From Lama guanicoe (Eukaryota): a stretch of DNA of 64,000 nucleotides. Below are positions 47,300 through 63,392 of this stretch, one piece after another (position 1 is the stretch's first letter; each line of letters opens with the position of its first letter). The notes under the pieces were generated by a model. It saw only the letters and a program-made list of their open reading frames with translations. It ran no database searches and had not been told where the DNA came from. Both the position numbers and the translations under genes were made by a program. The DNA is taken from contig MU053629.1 in the NCBI GenBank assembly GCA_013239625.1, positions 2,383,567-2,447,566 of the forward strand, given 5' to 3'.

Positions 47300-47950
47300 T
47301 TGCAGCGCCTGGGGGCGCCAGAGCAGGCGCCGAGTCCGGAGCCAGGGGCCTGCTGGAGGTCTGCATCCGGGCCCAGGAGGCTGGGACAGCTCGCGGGGGA
47401 GACACGCCCAGGGGGACCTGCGGAGCCTCGAGTGGCCCCGACCCGCCGGGCCGTGCGCAGGTCGAGGGAGTCCGAGGAGGGACCTGCAGTCTGGCCCGGG
47501 ATGGAGGGCCGGCGGGAGACCGCAGAGCTGCGCGCACATCATACCCAAGGGCCGAGGAGGGGCGAGCGGTCCGGAGGAACGGCTGCCGCCGGCTCCCCGA
47601 CGCCCCCGGCGCGCCCACCCGCAGCCCAGCGCCCTTTCCCTGCGCTCCCGGGGGGCCCGCTGGGCGGACGCGCGGCTCGCGCCCGGGCAGAAGCGCGCGG
47701 GGACTGCGGAGCGGAGCGGCGGCGGCATGGACGAGGAGCTGGCGTGGGAGACCGGCGGCCGTGAGTCGCGGGGCCGGGCTTGGGGGTAGGGGGACAGTCG
47801 GGAGCGGGCCGAGTACCCCGCACCCCCGCGAGGGCGACCAAGGCTGCGATTGGCGTGGTCTGCGTGGCCACTGGCGTCCTGGCTTCCTTCCTCCGTTCCT
47901 GGAGGAACGGGCATCAGGCCGTGGGGACACTGGCTGCGCATCTGGGACTC
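47300..47950. promoter_or_regulatory. ANKDD1A: CpG island promoter of ANKDD1A
   Basis: Very high GC/CpG density around the ATG at 47727; G-tract cluster just after the exon 1 donor. Confidence 0.9.
47727..47760 (+). CDS. ANKDD1A: ANKDD1A coding exon 1: MDEELAWETGG + 1 nt
   Basis: Strong Kozak gcggcATGG, donor GTGAGT at 47761; resembles human N-terminus MQEELAWETDG as recalled; phase 1 fits exon 2. Confidence 0.92.
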
Positions 47951-50861
47951 CTGAGAGCAGGGAGCTTGGGCAGAGGAGACACTAGCTAGAAATAAGATGG
48001 TAATGCGGTCCTTCACTGACTACTTTGTGCGCCAGTCCGAGCCACGACAGGCACGTTATTTGATCTTCACAGCGGCCCTATGGATTGGACCTATTGTTTT
48101 TCCCATTTTGCAGAAGAGAAAGCTGAGGCACAGAGTAGTTTAACAAGTTGCCCGAGGTCACTCATCCTTAAAGTAGTAGAAATGCTGAAGGCCGCAGCTT
48201 CTCCAGAATGTCGGGGCTGGATGCAGAGTGAGGACCATATCAGATGGGGAAAGTGAGACCCAGAGAAGGAGGTGTGGTGTGCTACAGAAGGGATGAGGGC
48301 ACCTCAGAGCCTCCCTTCGGGGTGTGCCCAGTGCCAGGGCCTCTAGGTGGGGCAGCAACATCCCTGTGGGCATCAGCTGGCCTGGGGGCCTTTGGCTGCA
48401 CTGCCTGGTGAGGAGAGAGAAGGATTGTACCAGTGAATGGGGGTAGGGTTGGGGGCTCTGTCACATGCTACAAACAGTACAGGGTTCTGCCTGGGGCAGG
48501 CCCTTAAGGAATGTGCAGCGATGGAGCTTTTGGATGTGTGGGATGGAATTCTGGGTAGAGGACTCAGCCTGGACAAAGGCTCAGAGGCCAGAGTGCACTG
48601 TGTGTTTGATGTGGCCAGAAAGAGGATGCATGGGTTGAGGTGGATAGAAGAGGTGAGGTTGGACTGGGTTTCACTGGCGCTCTGCAGGCTCTGCTTGCTC
48701 TCAATGGACTCTTGGCTGTTTGCCAGCTCAGATCAGGTCGCCTCTTCCCAGGCTTCAGCTATGAGAAAGGGAGTCAGAGCTGGAAGGGGTCTCAGCAGAT
48801 CACCCTCCCCCAACTTTACACCCAGAGGAACTGAAGCCCCCAAGGGGGATGTTTCCTGCTGTTAGAAAGTGGCAGAGTGGATACTAAACCCCAGCTTCTC
48901 GAAGCTCACACCTGAAGGGCCAGATCTTTTGCCCAATCTGGATTGAAAGAGCCTTCGGGGGTGAGGGAGGGTGGGCCTATCAATGGGCACCACTTGGAAG
49001 GCAGTGTTTTCCCCTCTCCCCTAAAGTATTGATGTAAAGCTTATTTCCCTCCCCCCACACCTCTTTCCTGCTATTAATTTGGGCTTGTGGTTTGCTTTCC
49101 CAGGGGACTAATGAGTCTTAACTGGGGCAACATCTTATAGTACAAAGGCCCTGAAGAGATTTAATGATTTGTGTGTCACTCATTCATTCACAAATATGTG
49201 CCACGGCCTGAATTTGGGGATACAGTAGCTCACAAATTAGACAGAAATTTCTCCTTTCATGGGTTTATATTATAATGGGGGAAGCAGACAATAAACCTAA
49301 TAAATGTATAAATATAGCACAGCCAATGGTGAGAGGTGCTGTGGAGAGAAGCAATGCAGGCAGGTGTGTAGGGAGGGTATTTCCTTGGTTGGAGCTTGAC
49401 CGGCCCAGAGGGCCCTGAATAAAGGGGGCCCCACCACCTCTAGCTCGTTGGCCACCAGAATTTATTCTCTGACCTTTTGCTTTGGGGGAATAATAGTGAT
49501 GGTGATGGTACTATTTGCCAGTGCCAGGGGCGTTTTACATCTTATATTTAATCATTATAATTACCCTGCAGGGCAGTTCACACCCCCATTTTGCAGGTGA
49601 GGAAACTGAGGCACAAGAAAATTAAGTAACCTAGCTCACAAAGCCAGAAAGTAGCTCAGCCAGGGGCCAGTGGCTCTGAGGTCCATAGGTTGCATCTGTG
49701 AGGCCCAGAAAGCCCCAAATCCTCTCCTGTATCTGGAAAGCCACATGAAATTTATCTGGAAAAACAAAGTGATGCCAGGCCTGTCTGTCACCTAAACACA
49801 TCCTAGCCTTCCTTGCCAAGACACCAGCCACCTGTCCCTGGATACACAGAGGGGCTGGGTCTGGACATTCGCACTGGACCAAACTTGCAGGATGGGGGTT
49901 TGTCAGCAATAAAATCTCAAATTACATACTCTGTACTGATTATGAAAAAAACCAGCAGATAGATAGCTGAACCTTGTGCTCATGTGTCTAAGCCTTTCTG
50001 GAAGAGGGACAGGCATCTGTTAATCTGGGGATTTTCAGTGTCACTCATGGAAGCAGAGTTTTGTGAATTCCCCTCTGTGCTTAGCTTTGTGCCTGCTGGG
50101 AGTTGTGGTGGATCAGTAAGGGTCAGGTGTGGCCAGGGCCCGCAAGGAGCTTGTGGCCCAGCCAAAGAGACTAGCTGTCTTCACAGGCCAAGAGCAGTCA
50201 GGTTGACGGCAGCATGGGGGTCCATTGAGATAAGCCCTGGACCACGTCACCATGCCTGAGTCCTCCTGGCCTGGTCTCCAACCCTCTGAGCCATCCGTTG
50301 CCTATGAGAGGGGGCTGGCAGCGGGGCTCGGAGGTTCCCTCTAGTCTGATACTGTCTGAAATGAAGGTGCAGCAATGAAGATGAAAAGCGTGCAGAGACC
50401 ACAGAGAAGTCACATCGGAGTGCGCCCCAGAGCCGGGAGGCGAAAGATGGTTAGGATTTGGGGATGAGGAGAGAAGAGGTGGAGGGGCAAGGACAGGGAA
50501 GCCAGGTGAACATGCCCAATGCAATGAGTGGCTCAGTAAATCCTGGCTGCCTCCTTCCCTGGACAGAGCCATGGAGAAGACAGTTATCAGCTTCAGTGGG
50601 AATGAATGCCATTCCCTTCCTTCCTCGGGAGCAGCAGTTGGAGTCATGGAAACTGGATGACGGGGCACCTCTCGGGGGAGGGGTGCACACCTGGCGCCTG
50701 CGGATGGTCTTGCTGATGCTCTCCCAGTTTTAGGGTTCTGCCAGGTCCCGGTCGTGTGGACGCTCACGTTGAGAGGGCGGGGAGGCACCCCCCACCCTTT
50801 CTGAGCTGGGAGTCCCTCTGCCTGGGAGAGGCTGTTCCCTGCTCCTCCTTGTGCAGTGTGA

Positions 50862-51431
<570 letters not shown>

Positions 51432-52557
51432 TAGTTCAGTTCTCTGAGGGCCCGCTGTGCCTGGTGACTGTGTAAAGCTGCTATTGGCCCAGGCCTGACC
51501 TGAGGGCTCAAAGCCCAGACAGGGAGGCAGACCAGGCCCCGCAAACCAAGCCTCAGGTCTGCTCGTGGGGTGGTGCATAGCCTTTTGGAGAAGGGAACAA
51601 AGGGAAAAGCCACTCTGCCCGGGATAGCCCCTCCCTATCTTGGCGCTTCTAGCTGTCAGGAGCGTCTTAGAGGAGATGCCAGGGCCTGGGTGAGAGGCCA
51701 GTGGGGGCTGAAAGTGCTGAATGCGAGATTCCTGACTGCAGCAGAGGCTGCTCTGTCTGGTTTGGTGTGACAAGGGTATGTGACCTGGGTCTTCAGAGCC
51801 TGCTGGGGGCTCAGTAATAGTGGCAGGAATTCTGGGGTATGTCTGGTGTGTTTTAGTTTTCAGAGCACTCATCCACCTGTTTCCCACTGGTCCCCACTCA
51901 CCCCTGGAGAGGTGAGCAGGGCAGAGAAGATTAGTCCTGTTTATAGAAGGCTGCAGGCACAGAGAGGGCAGCTGTGTTCCCCTAGGTCACACAGCACATT
52001 ATTGGTGATTGGAGCCTTAGTCTCAACTCCTGGGCAGGCACTGACAAGGAAGCATGGACTTGGAGGATGATGGGATGCTAATGCCAGATTCATTCATTTA
52101 TTTACTCATTGAATGATTCATTCATTCATTCAGTATTTATTAAGGGCTTCCTCCAGTCTGCACTGTACTCCGTGCTGATGACAGTAGAACTCATGGCAGA
52201 CGTGGACCCTGCCCCCTTGGAGCTGGTGGTCTCGTGCAGGAGGACAAACATTAAACAGAGTATCTCACAAACAATTCATTCTCACTGTCACAATTTGAGA
52301 GCATGTGGGGATCGGAGGGCCCTGCCCTGCCAGAAGGCTTCCCGAGGAAGTGACATTTTCGCAGGCGCCAGTGAAGAAGGGCAGTGGCCCAGGCAGAGGG
52401 ACAGCAGCAGCAGAAGGAGGGGACCGCTGGTCCCTAGAGGAACCACACAGAAAAATCCGTGTTTTCTTTTGTTGTCTCTTCACTTGCTGAAAACTACGAG
52501 GGAAGTGGGTTCCTGGGGCAGAGGCTGGCTTCCCCTGGGCCTGCTCAGATGCGCTGA

Positions 52558-53738
<1,181 letters not shown>

Positions 53739-54522
53739 TGAATGGCAGCCCTCCTGCTCCCCCTGCCCCTGGCTGCACAGGTCTGCCCCCACCTCTGCTG
53801 CCTGTCCCCATCGCTGTCCCCTCTGTCTTCCCACGTGCCTCTGCCTGCCCCAGCTTGCCCCGGCCTTCCTGAAGCCGCAGCTGAGCTCAGGCCGGTGAAG
53901 CTGGGACCCCCCACTGCTTCTCCTGGGGCTGGGAGAAGGGCCTGGAGATGCCTCTTCCATCAACACTGAAAGCCCCTTTCTCCCCACCGACCCCCCCACC
54001 CCATCTCCCCCCTCCCCTCCCGGGGCCTTTTACCACTCTGTGATGTTGGGACCATCCCGGCCCCTCTGGCCAGCCTCCTGTTCACAAAGAGGATTCAAAG
54101 TAACAGCCTCAGAAGATTAAATGAGAGGGAGGTGGGGCCTTCGCCCTCCTGCACGGCCCTGTCTCCCTCGGGCTCAGTGTGGCAGGCTGGAAGGAGCAAA
54201 GCACTGTTTAACAAATTCTGGGACCTTGGGCAAGTTATTTTACTGCTCTGAACCCCCATTTTTCCATTTGGAAATAAGAGCGCTAGTACCCACCTCCGAG
54301 CTGAGGCAAAAGCAGTGGGGTGCTGCGTGTCGAGCACCTGGCTCAGCGCCTGGCATGTTAGGGAAGCTGGCAGCCCCCTGTTGCTCACTGGTGTGCGCTG
54401 TGGTTGGAGGGAGGAGGGCCCCAGGGAGTCACAGTGCCCAGAATCCCTGCCCTGGTGTCTCACCTTTTAGGGGATCGGCGGCTTTATGAAAATGCAAACA
54501 CTTCAGGGCCAAATACCTTCGG

Positions 54523-55660
54523 CCAGGAGTCCTCAACCTTGGTCCTTAGGGAGAGAGAATTCAGGGATCCATGGACTTGGGTGGGAAAAAAAAAAAGTAC
54601 TTTTTTTTTCTCAAACTGGCCTCTGCTTGAATATTTAGCATTTCTTTTAATGATGAGTGTAGGTAATGTAAGCATTACCTGTGACTTTGTCACTAGGACA
54701 AAATGTAGCTCTTTTCCTATGACATCACAGTTTCTGCAGTTATCTCAAAATATGATTTATGCTCATGATTACTTTGAAATCATGGCAGTTATTATTAGAC
54801 CTTTCCCCGCATCCTGTTGTCTAACGGACCAGTCAAGCACACATATTAACTAGATTTAAAATTGGGGTTTTAATGTTTTGATAATTCTATTTCAATATCG
54901 TTTTTCTTTTGTGGAAGGCATAATAGTGTTTCTCCCCCACCCAAGGTGTCTATATCCTTTTTTTTTTAAATTTTTTTTTCCTTTCCTTTGGGTTTTTCTT
55001 TTTTTGGGGGGGTAATTAGGTTTATTTATTTATTTATTTATTTCTTAGTGGAGGTGGTGGGGAATGAACCCAGGACCTTGTGCATGCCAGGCAGGCACTC
55101 TCCCACTGAGCTACACCCTCCCCCGCCAGATGTCCGTATCCTAATCCACAGAACCTGTGAACTCCACAACGTAACACGGCAAAGGTAATTTTTCAGATGT
55201 GATTTAGTTAAGGCCCCTGAGATGGGGAGATTATTCTGGATTATCCACACGTGCCCACCTGTCCTTTCAGGGGACAGAGGGAGGCAGGGGAGTCAGAGGA
55301 GATGTGATTGAAGGAGGCAGAGGTTGGAGGGATGTGAGTCACAAGCCGAGGGATGCGGGCAGCCTCTAGGAGCTGAAAAGATCAGGAGATGGATTCTCTT
55401 AGAACGTCCAGAAGAGAAGCAGCTCTCCCAACCCACTTTAGACTTCTGACTGTAAGATAATAAGTGGGCACTGTTTTAAGCCACTAAATTTATAATAATT
55501 TGTTAGCAGCAATATGAAACTAAAATGCCATTGTAGGCCTGCATGTTTGATCAAATTTTTCCCAATTTTTTTTCTTTTCTGCATTTAAATAAACATTATT
55601 TTGAAAAGGGGTCCATAGGCTTCACCAGACACCAGAAAGGGCCATGGCACAGAAGTCTGC
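54523..55660. mobile_element. Nested repeats: Charlie4-like transposon > MLT1-type LTR (~54910-55530) > vic-1-like SINE (~54958-55125, minus)
   Basis: Outer parts resemble 18612-19124; MLT1 motifs atcctaatcc...gagatggggagattattctggattatcc...ttttaagccactaaattt; SINE ggggaatgaacccaggaccttgtgcatg...actgagctacaccc. Confidence 0.7.
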
Positions 55661-56744
55661 CCCAGGCCGTTGTCTGGATCTTGTTGGCAGTGGTGGGAAT
55701 GTCTGACGGCTCCCAGTGAAGGAGTCCCTAGGTTATGGGCCACAGGGCCTGAGCTCAGAATGTGGGAGTGAGAGAGAGAGAGGCCCTCAGAAGGGCACCC
55801 TGTGAAGACACCCACGTTCAACCAGAGGGTCCTCAACTCTCAGAACTTAGGTGACCAGTTTACTTGCTAATTTACTGCTTTATTACAAAGAATATGAATC
55901 ATCAACAGCCCGATGAAAATGTGTGCCTGGCTTAGCCTTAGAGCTGCTCAGTGGCCCTGGGGAATCCAGGAGCTGTTGCAAAGAAATTTGCTGTAAACAC
56001 AGACGGAGCCTCCGTGTTCTAGAATGAAGGAGGCCAGGTTTTAAGTGTGTGCGGAGGGCAGGGCTCTGAGTAATGGACTCTTCTACTTAAGCAGATCCAC
56101 TTGGTATTAATTTTCTGTTTTTGGTAGCAAACCACCTAAAACGTAGTTGCTTAAAGTAACAATGATTTATTATTTTTCATACTAATGTCATTGGCTGGTC
56201 AGTGGCTCTGGTCTTGCCAGGGCCCACTTCTGAGAACAGTCAGCACATGCCTGGGGCCTCTGCAGGCAGGGGGACTGTCGGGGATGGTGTGGCCAGGTGG
56301 TGGCTGATGTTGGTCCTGGACACTTCCTCACGTGACTGCCCCAGGACATCACAAGAGCAAGAGCGGAAGTGGCAGGATTTCCTGAGATGTTACTTCCACC
56401 ACATTCTACTTGCCAAAGCCCAGCACAGGGTCAGCCTTGTTTCAGGGGGAGGAAAATACTGGATTCCTCCTCCTGATGAGAAAATTAGCACAGTCTAGTT
56501 GCTCGATCTTGTGACAGTTTCTCAATCTGTCCTGGTTTTCATGACCTTGCCGCTTTTGAAGAGCACTGGTCAAGTAGTTTGTAGAATGTCCTTCAATTTG
56601 GGTTTGTCTTATTTTCTCATGAGTAGTTTGGGGCCATATAATGTGGGGAAGACCAGCAAGGTCAAGTACCCTTCTTATCGCCCCCTATCAGGGGGCATAT
56701 GACACCAATGTGACTTGTCACTGGTGATGTCATCTTGATCCATT

Positions 56745-57497
56745 TCTGACACCAATCCCAATGTGTGTTTTTTCTAAATCACCAAGCAGTTAGCTCAGTT
56801 CTCCGTGGACGCTGACCGGTGTCCACACATTTAACTCAGTTCTGACACTGCCTGGAGACAGCGCCAGATTCCGCAGGGTCAGGGTTCAGTCCTACAAAAC
56901 TGTCCCCATTTCAGATGCCCGTCAGAAGGCCAGGTGGTTGCCTGGCTATACTGCTGGCTATGAGTCAGAAGTTCCCCCGACCCTCCTCCCAGGTTTGATT
57001 AATTGGCTAGAGCAACTCTCAGAACTTAGGTAACCAGTTTACTTACTAAATTACTGGTTTATTATAAAGGATATTAAAGGATATGGCTAATCAACAGCCA
57101 GATGAAGAGATGCATAGGGCAAGGTCTGGAACGGGGGCTTCTGTCCCTGTGGAGCTTGGATGTGTTCTGGTTCACCAACCTGAAAGTTCTCCGAACCCCA
57201 TCCTTTGGGGTTTTTATGGAGGCTTCATTATGTAGACTCAATAGATTAAATTTTTGGCCATTGGTAATTGATTCAACTTCCAGCCCCTCTCTTCTCCCCA
57301 GAGATGGGGAGGTGGGACTGAAAGTTCTGACCTAACCACAGTTGCTTCCCTGGCAACCAGTACCTAGGGGCATCTCAAGTCACCTCATTAACATAATAAT
57401 CACTTACCATTTAGGAGATTCCTAAGGTTTTAGGAGATCTGTGCCAGGAACCAGGAAGAAGACCAAATATATATTTCTTATTATGAATCACAATTCC
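56745..57497. mobile_element. MER21-family LTR
   Basis: caccaagcag...ttaactcagttctgacact...tttttatggaggcttcatta...gaccaaatatatatttcttattatgaatcacaat. Confidence 0.7.
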
Positions 57498-58190
57498 ATG
57501 CTTGACCACTTGGTTAAAGTGGTGTTGGCCAGGTTTCTCCACTGCAATGTTAGCATTTTTGCCTTTCCTGCCTCTATTGTTAGAAACTCTTTGTGTTTTT
57601 AATTTGCATTTCAGTCATACTAATGATGTCAGATATCTTTTCATGTGCTTATTTGTAACATATATATCTTCTTTGGCATTCAAATTATGTTTTAATTGTA
57701 TTAATTTCTTGCTAATGAGTTTTTAGAATTCTTTATAAATTTTGGGTGTATTTCAAAATAAATTGCAGACATCAGTGTACACTTCATGCTAAATACCTCA
57801 GCATGCATGTTATTTACTAGAGTTCACATTCTTTACATACAATGAAATACACAAATCTTAAATTTATACTCACTGTGATTTGACAAATGCTGCTCCCATG
57901 TAACCCAAACCACTGTCAAGGTGTAGAACACTGTTCTATTGATTTTTATGACCCATTGATGGTTGTGATCTATTTGAAAAAATGTGCCCCAAATAATCTA
58001 GCTGTAATGTGAGGTCAAGGTTGAAGCTCTGGGTTATAAACATGGGATCTGCAAACCTCCTGCACTTACTGCTTCAGGGGCTAAGAGACCTTCAGTAAAG
58101 CTAAGCACAGTAACACGAGGTATGTCTGCATTATTCTAATTTGACCTGTGACAAAATGGGGGCTCAGAGAGGTGCAGGTAACTTGCCTAA

Positions 58191-58616
<426 letters not shown>

Positions 58617-59176
58617 TGAGCCACGGGTACTGCGTACGGGACCCCGCCTCAGGGAGCTGCTGAGCTAGAAGGGGCATGAAAGCACAAGTGAGCAGGACAC
58701 CAGTAGGACACATGGTCACTTCCCTCAGAGAGACTCTGATCGGGACTAAACAAGCTAGAGAAGTAGCCGCTACTTTCTGCTTCCTGGGGGAGGTGGCATC
58801 TGGTGGATGAACTAGATTTTGTCGCTATAATTAGAAAACAGGGGGCATTCCAAATGGAGGAGAGAGAGGTTATTGCTAGAGCTTTGGAGGTGGAAAAGGG
58901 CCCTTTGTGTGTGAGTTCAGTTGGATTGAAATCTTGGAAGTGAAGGCCCGAGAGGTTGTTGGGGGTCCGGGTGGAGATCTCAAGCCCCAGCCTCAGGAAT
59001 GGGTCCTTTATTCTGCAGGCAGCAAGGAGCCACGGAGAGTTCCAGGGAGGGAGGGGGCCCTCCCAAGAGGGGTCTTGTTGGGAAGTTGGGTCTGGGCTTT
59101 CCAGGCAGGATGTGTTGGGCAAGGGGACGGGAGAGCGTCTGGGGCACTGCAAGCCCAGGGTGGCTGGGGAAACTGA

Positions 59177-59332
<156 letters not shown>

Positions 59333-60498
59333 TGACTGTGGGTCCCAGGGGAGGGCAAGACTCTGGGCTCCTGACTGGGGTCGTCATTTGCATCTCACCT
59401 GTACCTACTTCCAATTCTCATGTGCCCGAGAGATGGGTGCCCCAAAGACCAGCGTGTGTTCGATGATCATGGGGCAGGCATTTTTCAGGCATGCACTATG
59501 GGCCAGCCCTGTGCTATGGGTGAGGAGCACAAAGATGCCCAAGACACAGTTTCTTACTCAAGGAATTCAATGCCACAGTCCTAGTAAAGAGTGTGGGGAG
59601 CCAGGATGGCAAATCTGATTAGGAGTCTGGAGTGAGTTTGAGTGGGACTGGGATTCCATTGCAGATGTCTGTTGTTGGGGGGAATAGGGAAGAGTTAGGG
59701 GGATGGTAGCCACACACCCGCTGGGTATCTGCTTGCTTTGTGTTTAGTCATCTACTGTGATTATGGCAAAGGTAGGACGAGAGTGCTGGGGGGGTGATGG
59801 GCAGTGCATTCAGGGTGGAGAGCTTCCAAGCAGGAATCCAGCACGCTGAGAAGCGGTGAGGGATGGGGACCGGAGGGGACGGCCCTACAGATGACTTGTA
59901 TCAATGGACCATTGCGAATCATTAAGCAAATATGTTGCAGCAATTTCTAAACAACGCTTCCAACAAAGGGACGGACTCCATTGTTAATCTTCTGATTAAT
60001 GTGCTCAACCAGAATAGGAGTCCTGTTATAAGCTAGTGACAGAGCTCACAGACAGACCACAAGGCCCTAGAACTGGAAGGTGTCTTCATCAAGGGCCAGT
60101 TCACCCTTCTCATCTTACAGATGTGGAAGCTGAGGCCCAGAGAGGGGGATTCTTTAGCCAGGGTCACACAGCAAACCAAAGGTCAGGCTGGGTTTATAAT
60201 CAGCATCCTGATGCCTAGCCCCATGCTCCTCCCTCTCACCTGGCTGCCTCCTGGGGCACTGAGCCCTTGGTGTCTCCACCAGATCTGTGTCCACATCCTT
60301 ATGGGATGAAAATGTTCTGAGATTCAGATCAGGCTGATTTCCTTCATTTTAGAAACGTGGGCTTGGCAGGTCGTGCTCCGTGCCATGCCCTGGGCCAGAA
60401 CTGGATAAACAGAGATGGGTAAAGGATGGCCCTCTCAAGGGCATATCTACCATGAGGCAAAATAAATAAACAAACGAACAAACAAATAAATAAAATAA

Positions 60499-60500
<2 letters not shown>

Positions 60501-60570
<70 letters not shown>

Positions 60571-60572
60571 AA
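60501..60572. repeat. (GAAA)18 microsatellite following a mixed (AAAT/AAAC) tract
   Basis: Direct read. Confidence 0.95.
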
Positions 60573-62575
60573 AACAATGTATTCAGGGCCCCAGGAGAAC
60601 AGGAGCATCAAAACCAGAAAGCAAGAAAAGTCTAGCTTTGGTGACCTTACCCAGAATCTTGCAATCACAAATTCTAGGAAGAAGCTTTTAAAATTGCATG
60701 CCCCTGTTAAGCTTTGTGTTTTTAGCTGAGAAGTGTTTTCATTTTGGACTTCACCTGGGGAGCGAGCACAATCCGTTTTTCAAGGCTTTGGGCCACTGAA
60801 GATCTGACTTCTGTGAGGAATGCCCAGCCTGCATGGGGGGACAGAGGTGGAGAGGCTGGACATCCCTACGGGTGGAGGGGAGAGGGCACCAGGCCCAAAG
60901 CGAATGCCGCTTCCACCCAGCTCCCTGCGCTGTCCAGGCAGAGTGCCCCGGTGGGGGGTCCATGCCACCTGCAGCTTCAAAGGGCAGGAAGTGGATATTT
61001 ATAATCCAGAAGGAAGAGGAAAACCCTACCCTGTCTCAGCTAACTGAGGGGCACATGTCGGCCCCCCACAGTTCACCTGCTTCCTTCCTGTCTCTTTGAA
61101 CACAAGAGGCTTCACGCTGTGGCTGCATCTCCCCGGCGTGATTCTCCGATTTCCGCTTGCAGCAGTGAGTTAACCACAGAGCCGGTGGGACAGGAGCAGA
61201 ACACAGCTGTTGAGGGGATTTCTTAAACTTAATTTTATTTATTAATATAATATGACGATGATCATAAAGTAAATTTAAATGTTTCATCCTTGATCCTCGG
61301 TGGTAACAGCTGATTATGTGTGTGTGGCTCTTTCATGGGAGGTGGGGTATGTTTTTAACTGCTGTAAGTACTGCTTTGGCTTTGGTATGTGTTCACATGC
61401 TCAGTGGGCCCGTTAAATATTTGTGCCTAAATTCAGTGTCTTCTTTTCTTCCTGGGGAAGGTACTGACACAGGCTAGGGTGGAGGAAAGCCGGGAGGGCC
61501 CCATGATTGGTTCGGCTCACTATGTCCCTGCAGCCTTCTGGGCGCGATGAATGGCCAGAGCTGGGTCTTCCCTTCTGGATGCTCTTGTGGGTTCCTCCTG
61601 GGGACTCCCGTCTGTGGGTCCTCTGTAGGGACACACATTTTCTCGGGCACGTCACATCCAGCTGCCTCCCCTTCGCTGAGGCCCCTCGCCTTCTAGTTGT
61701 CCTCTGTAGCAAGTCTCTTTAAGGATGACTTCAAACAGGCTGCCCTCCGCGGTGCCGCTTCCAACATGAAGAACATGGTGTCCTTCACCCGCCCAGTGGA
61801 GCCACCTCTCTTGGCTCTGTCACTGTCACCTTTAGACTTCTCAAGGAGGGGGGAGGCTATTCCCAGTCCAGACACATGTCAAGCTCTCCATCTCTTTTCT
61901 GACTCATTGAACCTCTTGTTGAGTGTCAGCCATGTGCCCTAGGTCCTATTTTAGGCACGTGGGGAGTCTTTAGAGAACGAATAGAAATCCTTGCCCTTGT
62001 GGTGCTGTGTTCAAGCAAAGAGAGTCAGACAATGGACAGTGAATACAGTACACAAGTAGGCTGCGGAGTGTGTCAGGGGGTCAGTGCTTTGGGGAAACAG
62101 GAGAAGCAGACTAGGATGAGGAGGACAGGCGCTGGGAGCTGCCGTTTTAAACAGTGCCGTCAGGGTGGGGCGCACCCACTGAATGAGAAGCCAACGTCTT
62201 GAGCAAAGATGCAGGAGGGGAGCGGCTGGGTCATGCGGCTGCCTGGGCGCAGCCCGAGTGTGAGGACAGTCGCTGGGGCCTTGGCCTGAGCAGAGGGAGG
62301 GGATGGATCTGGAGTCCCCGAGTTGGGACCAGCTTAGACAGGAGCATAGGAAATAGGGATTAAAAAAAAAATAGTAATGTGTCTGTCTCAAAGTGTAAGA
62401 AAAGAGAGACTAGAAGCTGGCCCTTGAAAGCGCCCCTGATTTTCAGATTTTGGGTACAGTTCTCAGAGCAGGGTGGCGTTGGCCCAGTACACAGGGCTGT
62501 AGCTCATCACAGGCTTGCTCTGTGACCCCTTGTGTCTCCCCTCTCTGGACCTCGGTGGGTTCCCAGGGCCTCTGA

Positions 62576-62806
<231 letters not shown>

Positions 62807-63167
62807 TGACCTTCCCCTGGTGGGGCCCCTGAAGCCAGGAGTGAGGACATGTTCTGAGACTAACAGCCCAGCAGGACAGATGAGCAGCAGCACAAAACTC
62901 CAGGCTCAGTGGGGCACTGGGCATGAGGGATTTCGGAAAAGTTGTGCACGTGGTGTGTGTTAAAGGAGGGGGAGGTCTCTGTGGCCAGGCTGGCAGGGAG
63001 GGCTTCCTGGAGTAGGAGAGAATAGAGCAGGGGTGAGGCGGCTGAGAGGGGGAGGAGGACACGAGCAGAGCTGTGGGCGGAGGAAGTGAATGCACCATTT
63101 GCCCTCCAAGTGAGAATCGGGTGCAGGGCTCAGGGAATCACAGATAACCAGGTGTTGTCCTCAGTAG

Positions 63168-63392
<225 letters not shown>

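Noticed and set aside
47238..48016. Overlapping 110-247 aa ORFs on both strands
   Set aside because: Stop-poor GC-rich CpG island; only 47727-47760 fits a known protein with a proper donor.
60344..60668. Phe/Leu/Ser-rich hydrophobic ORFs
   Set aside because: Translation of the (TTTC)n microsatellite.
61697..61942. Protein-looking ORF in intron 6 (SLFKDDFKQAALRGAASNMKNMVSF)
   Set aside because: No family recognised and not needed for ANKDD1A frame continuity; a BLASTX search would settle it.
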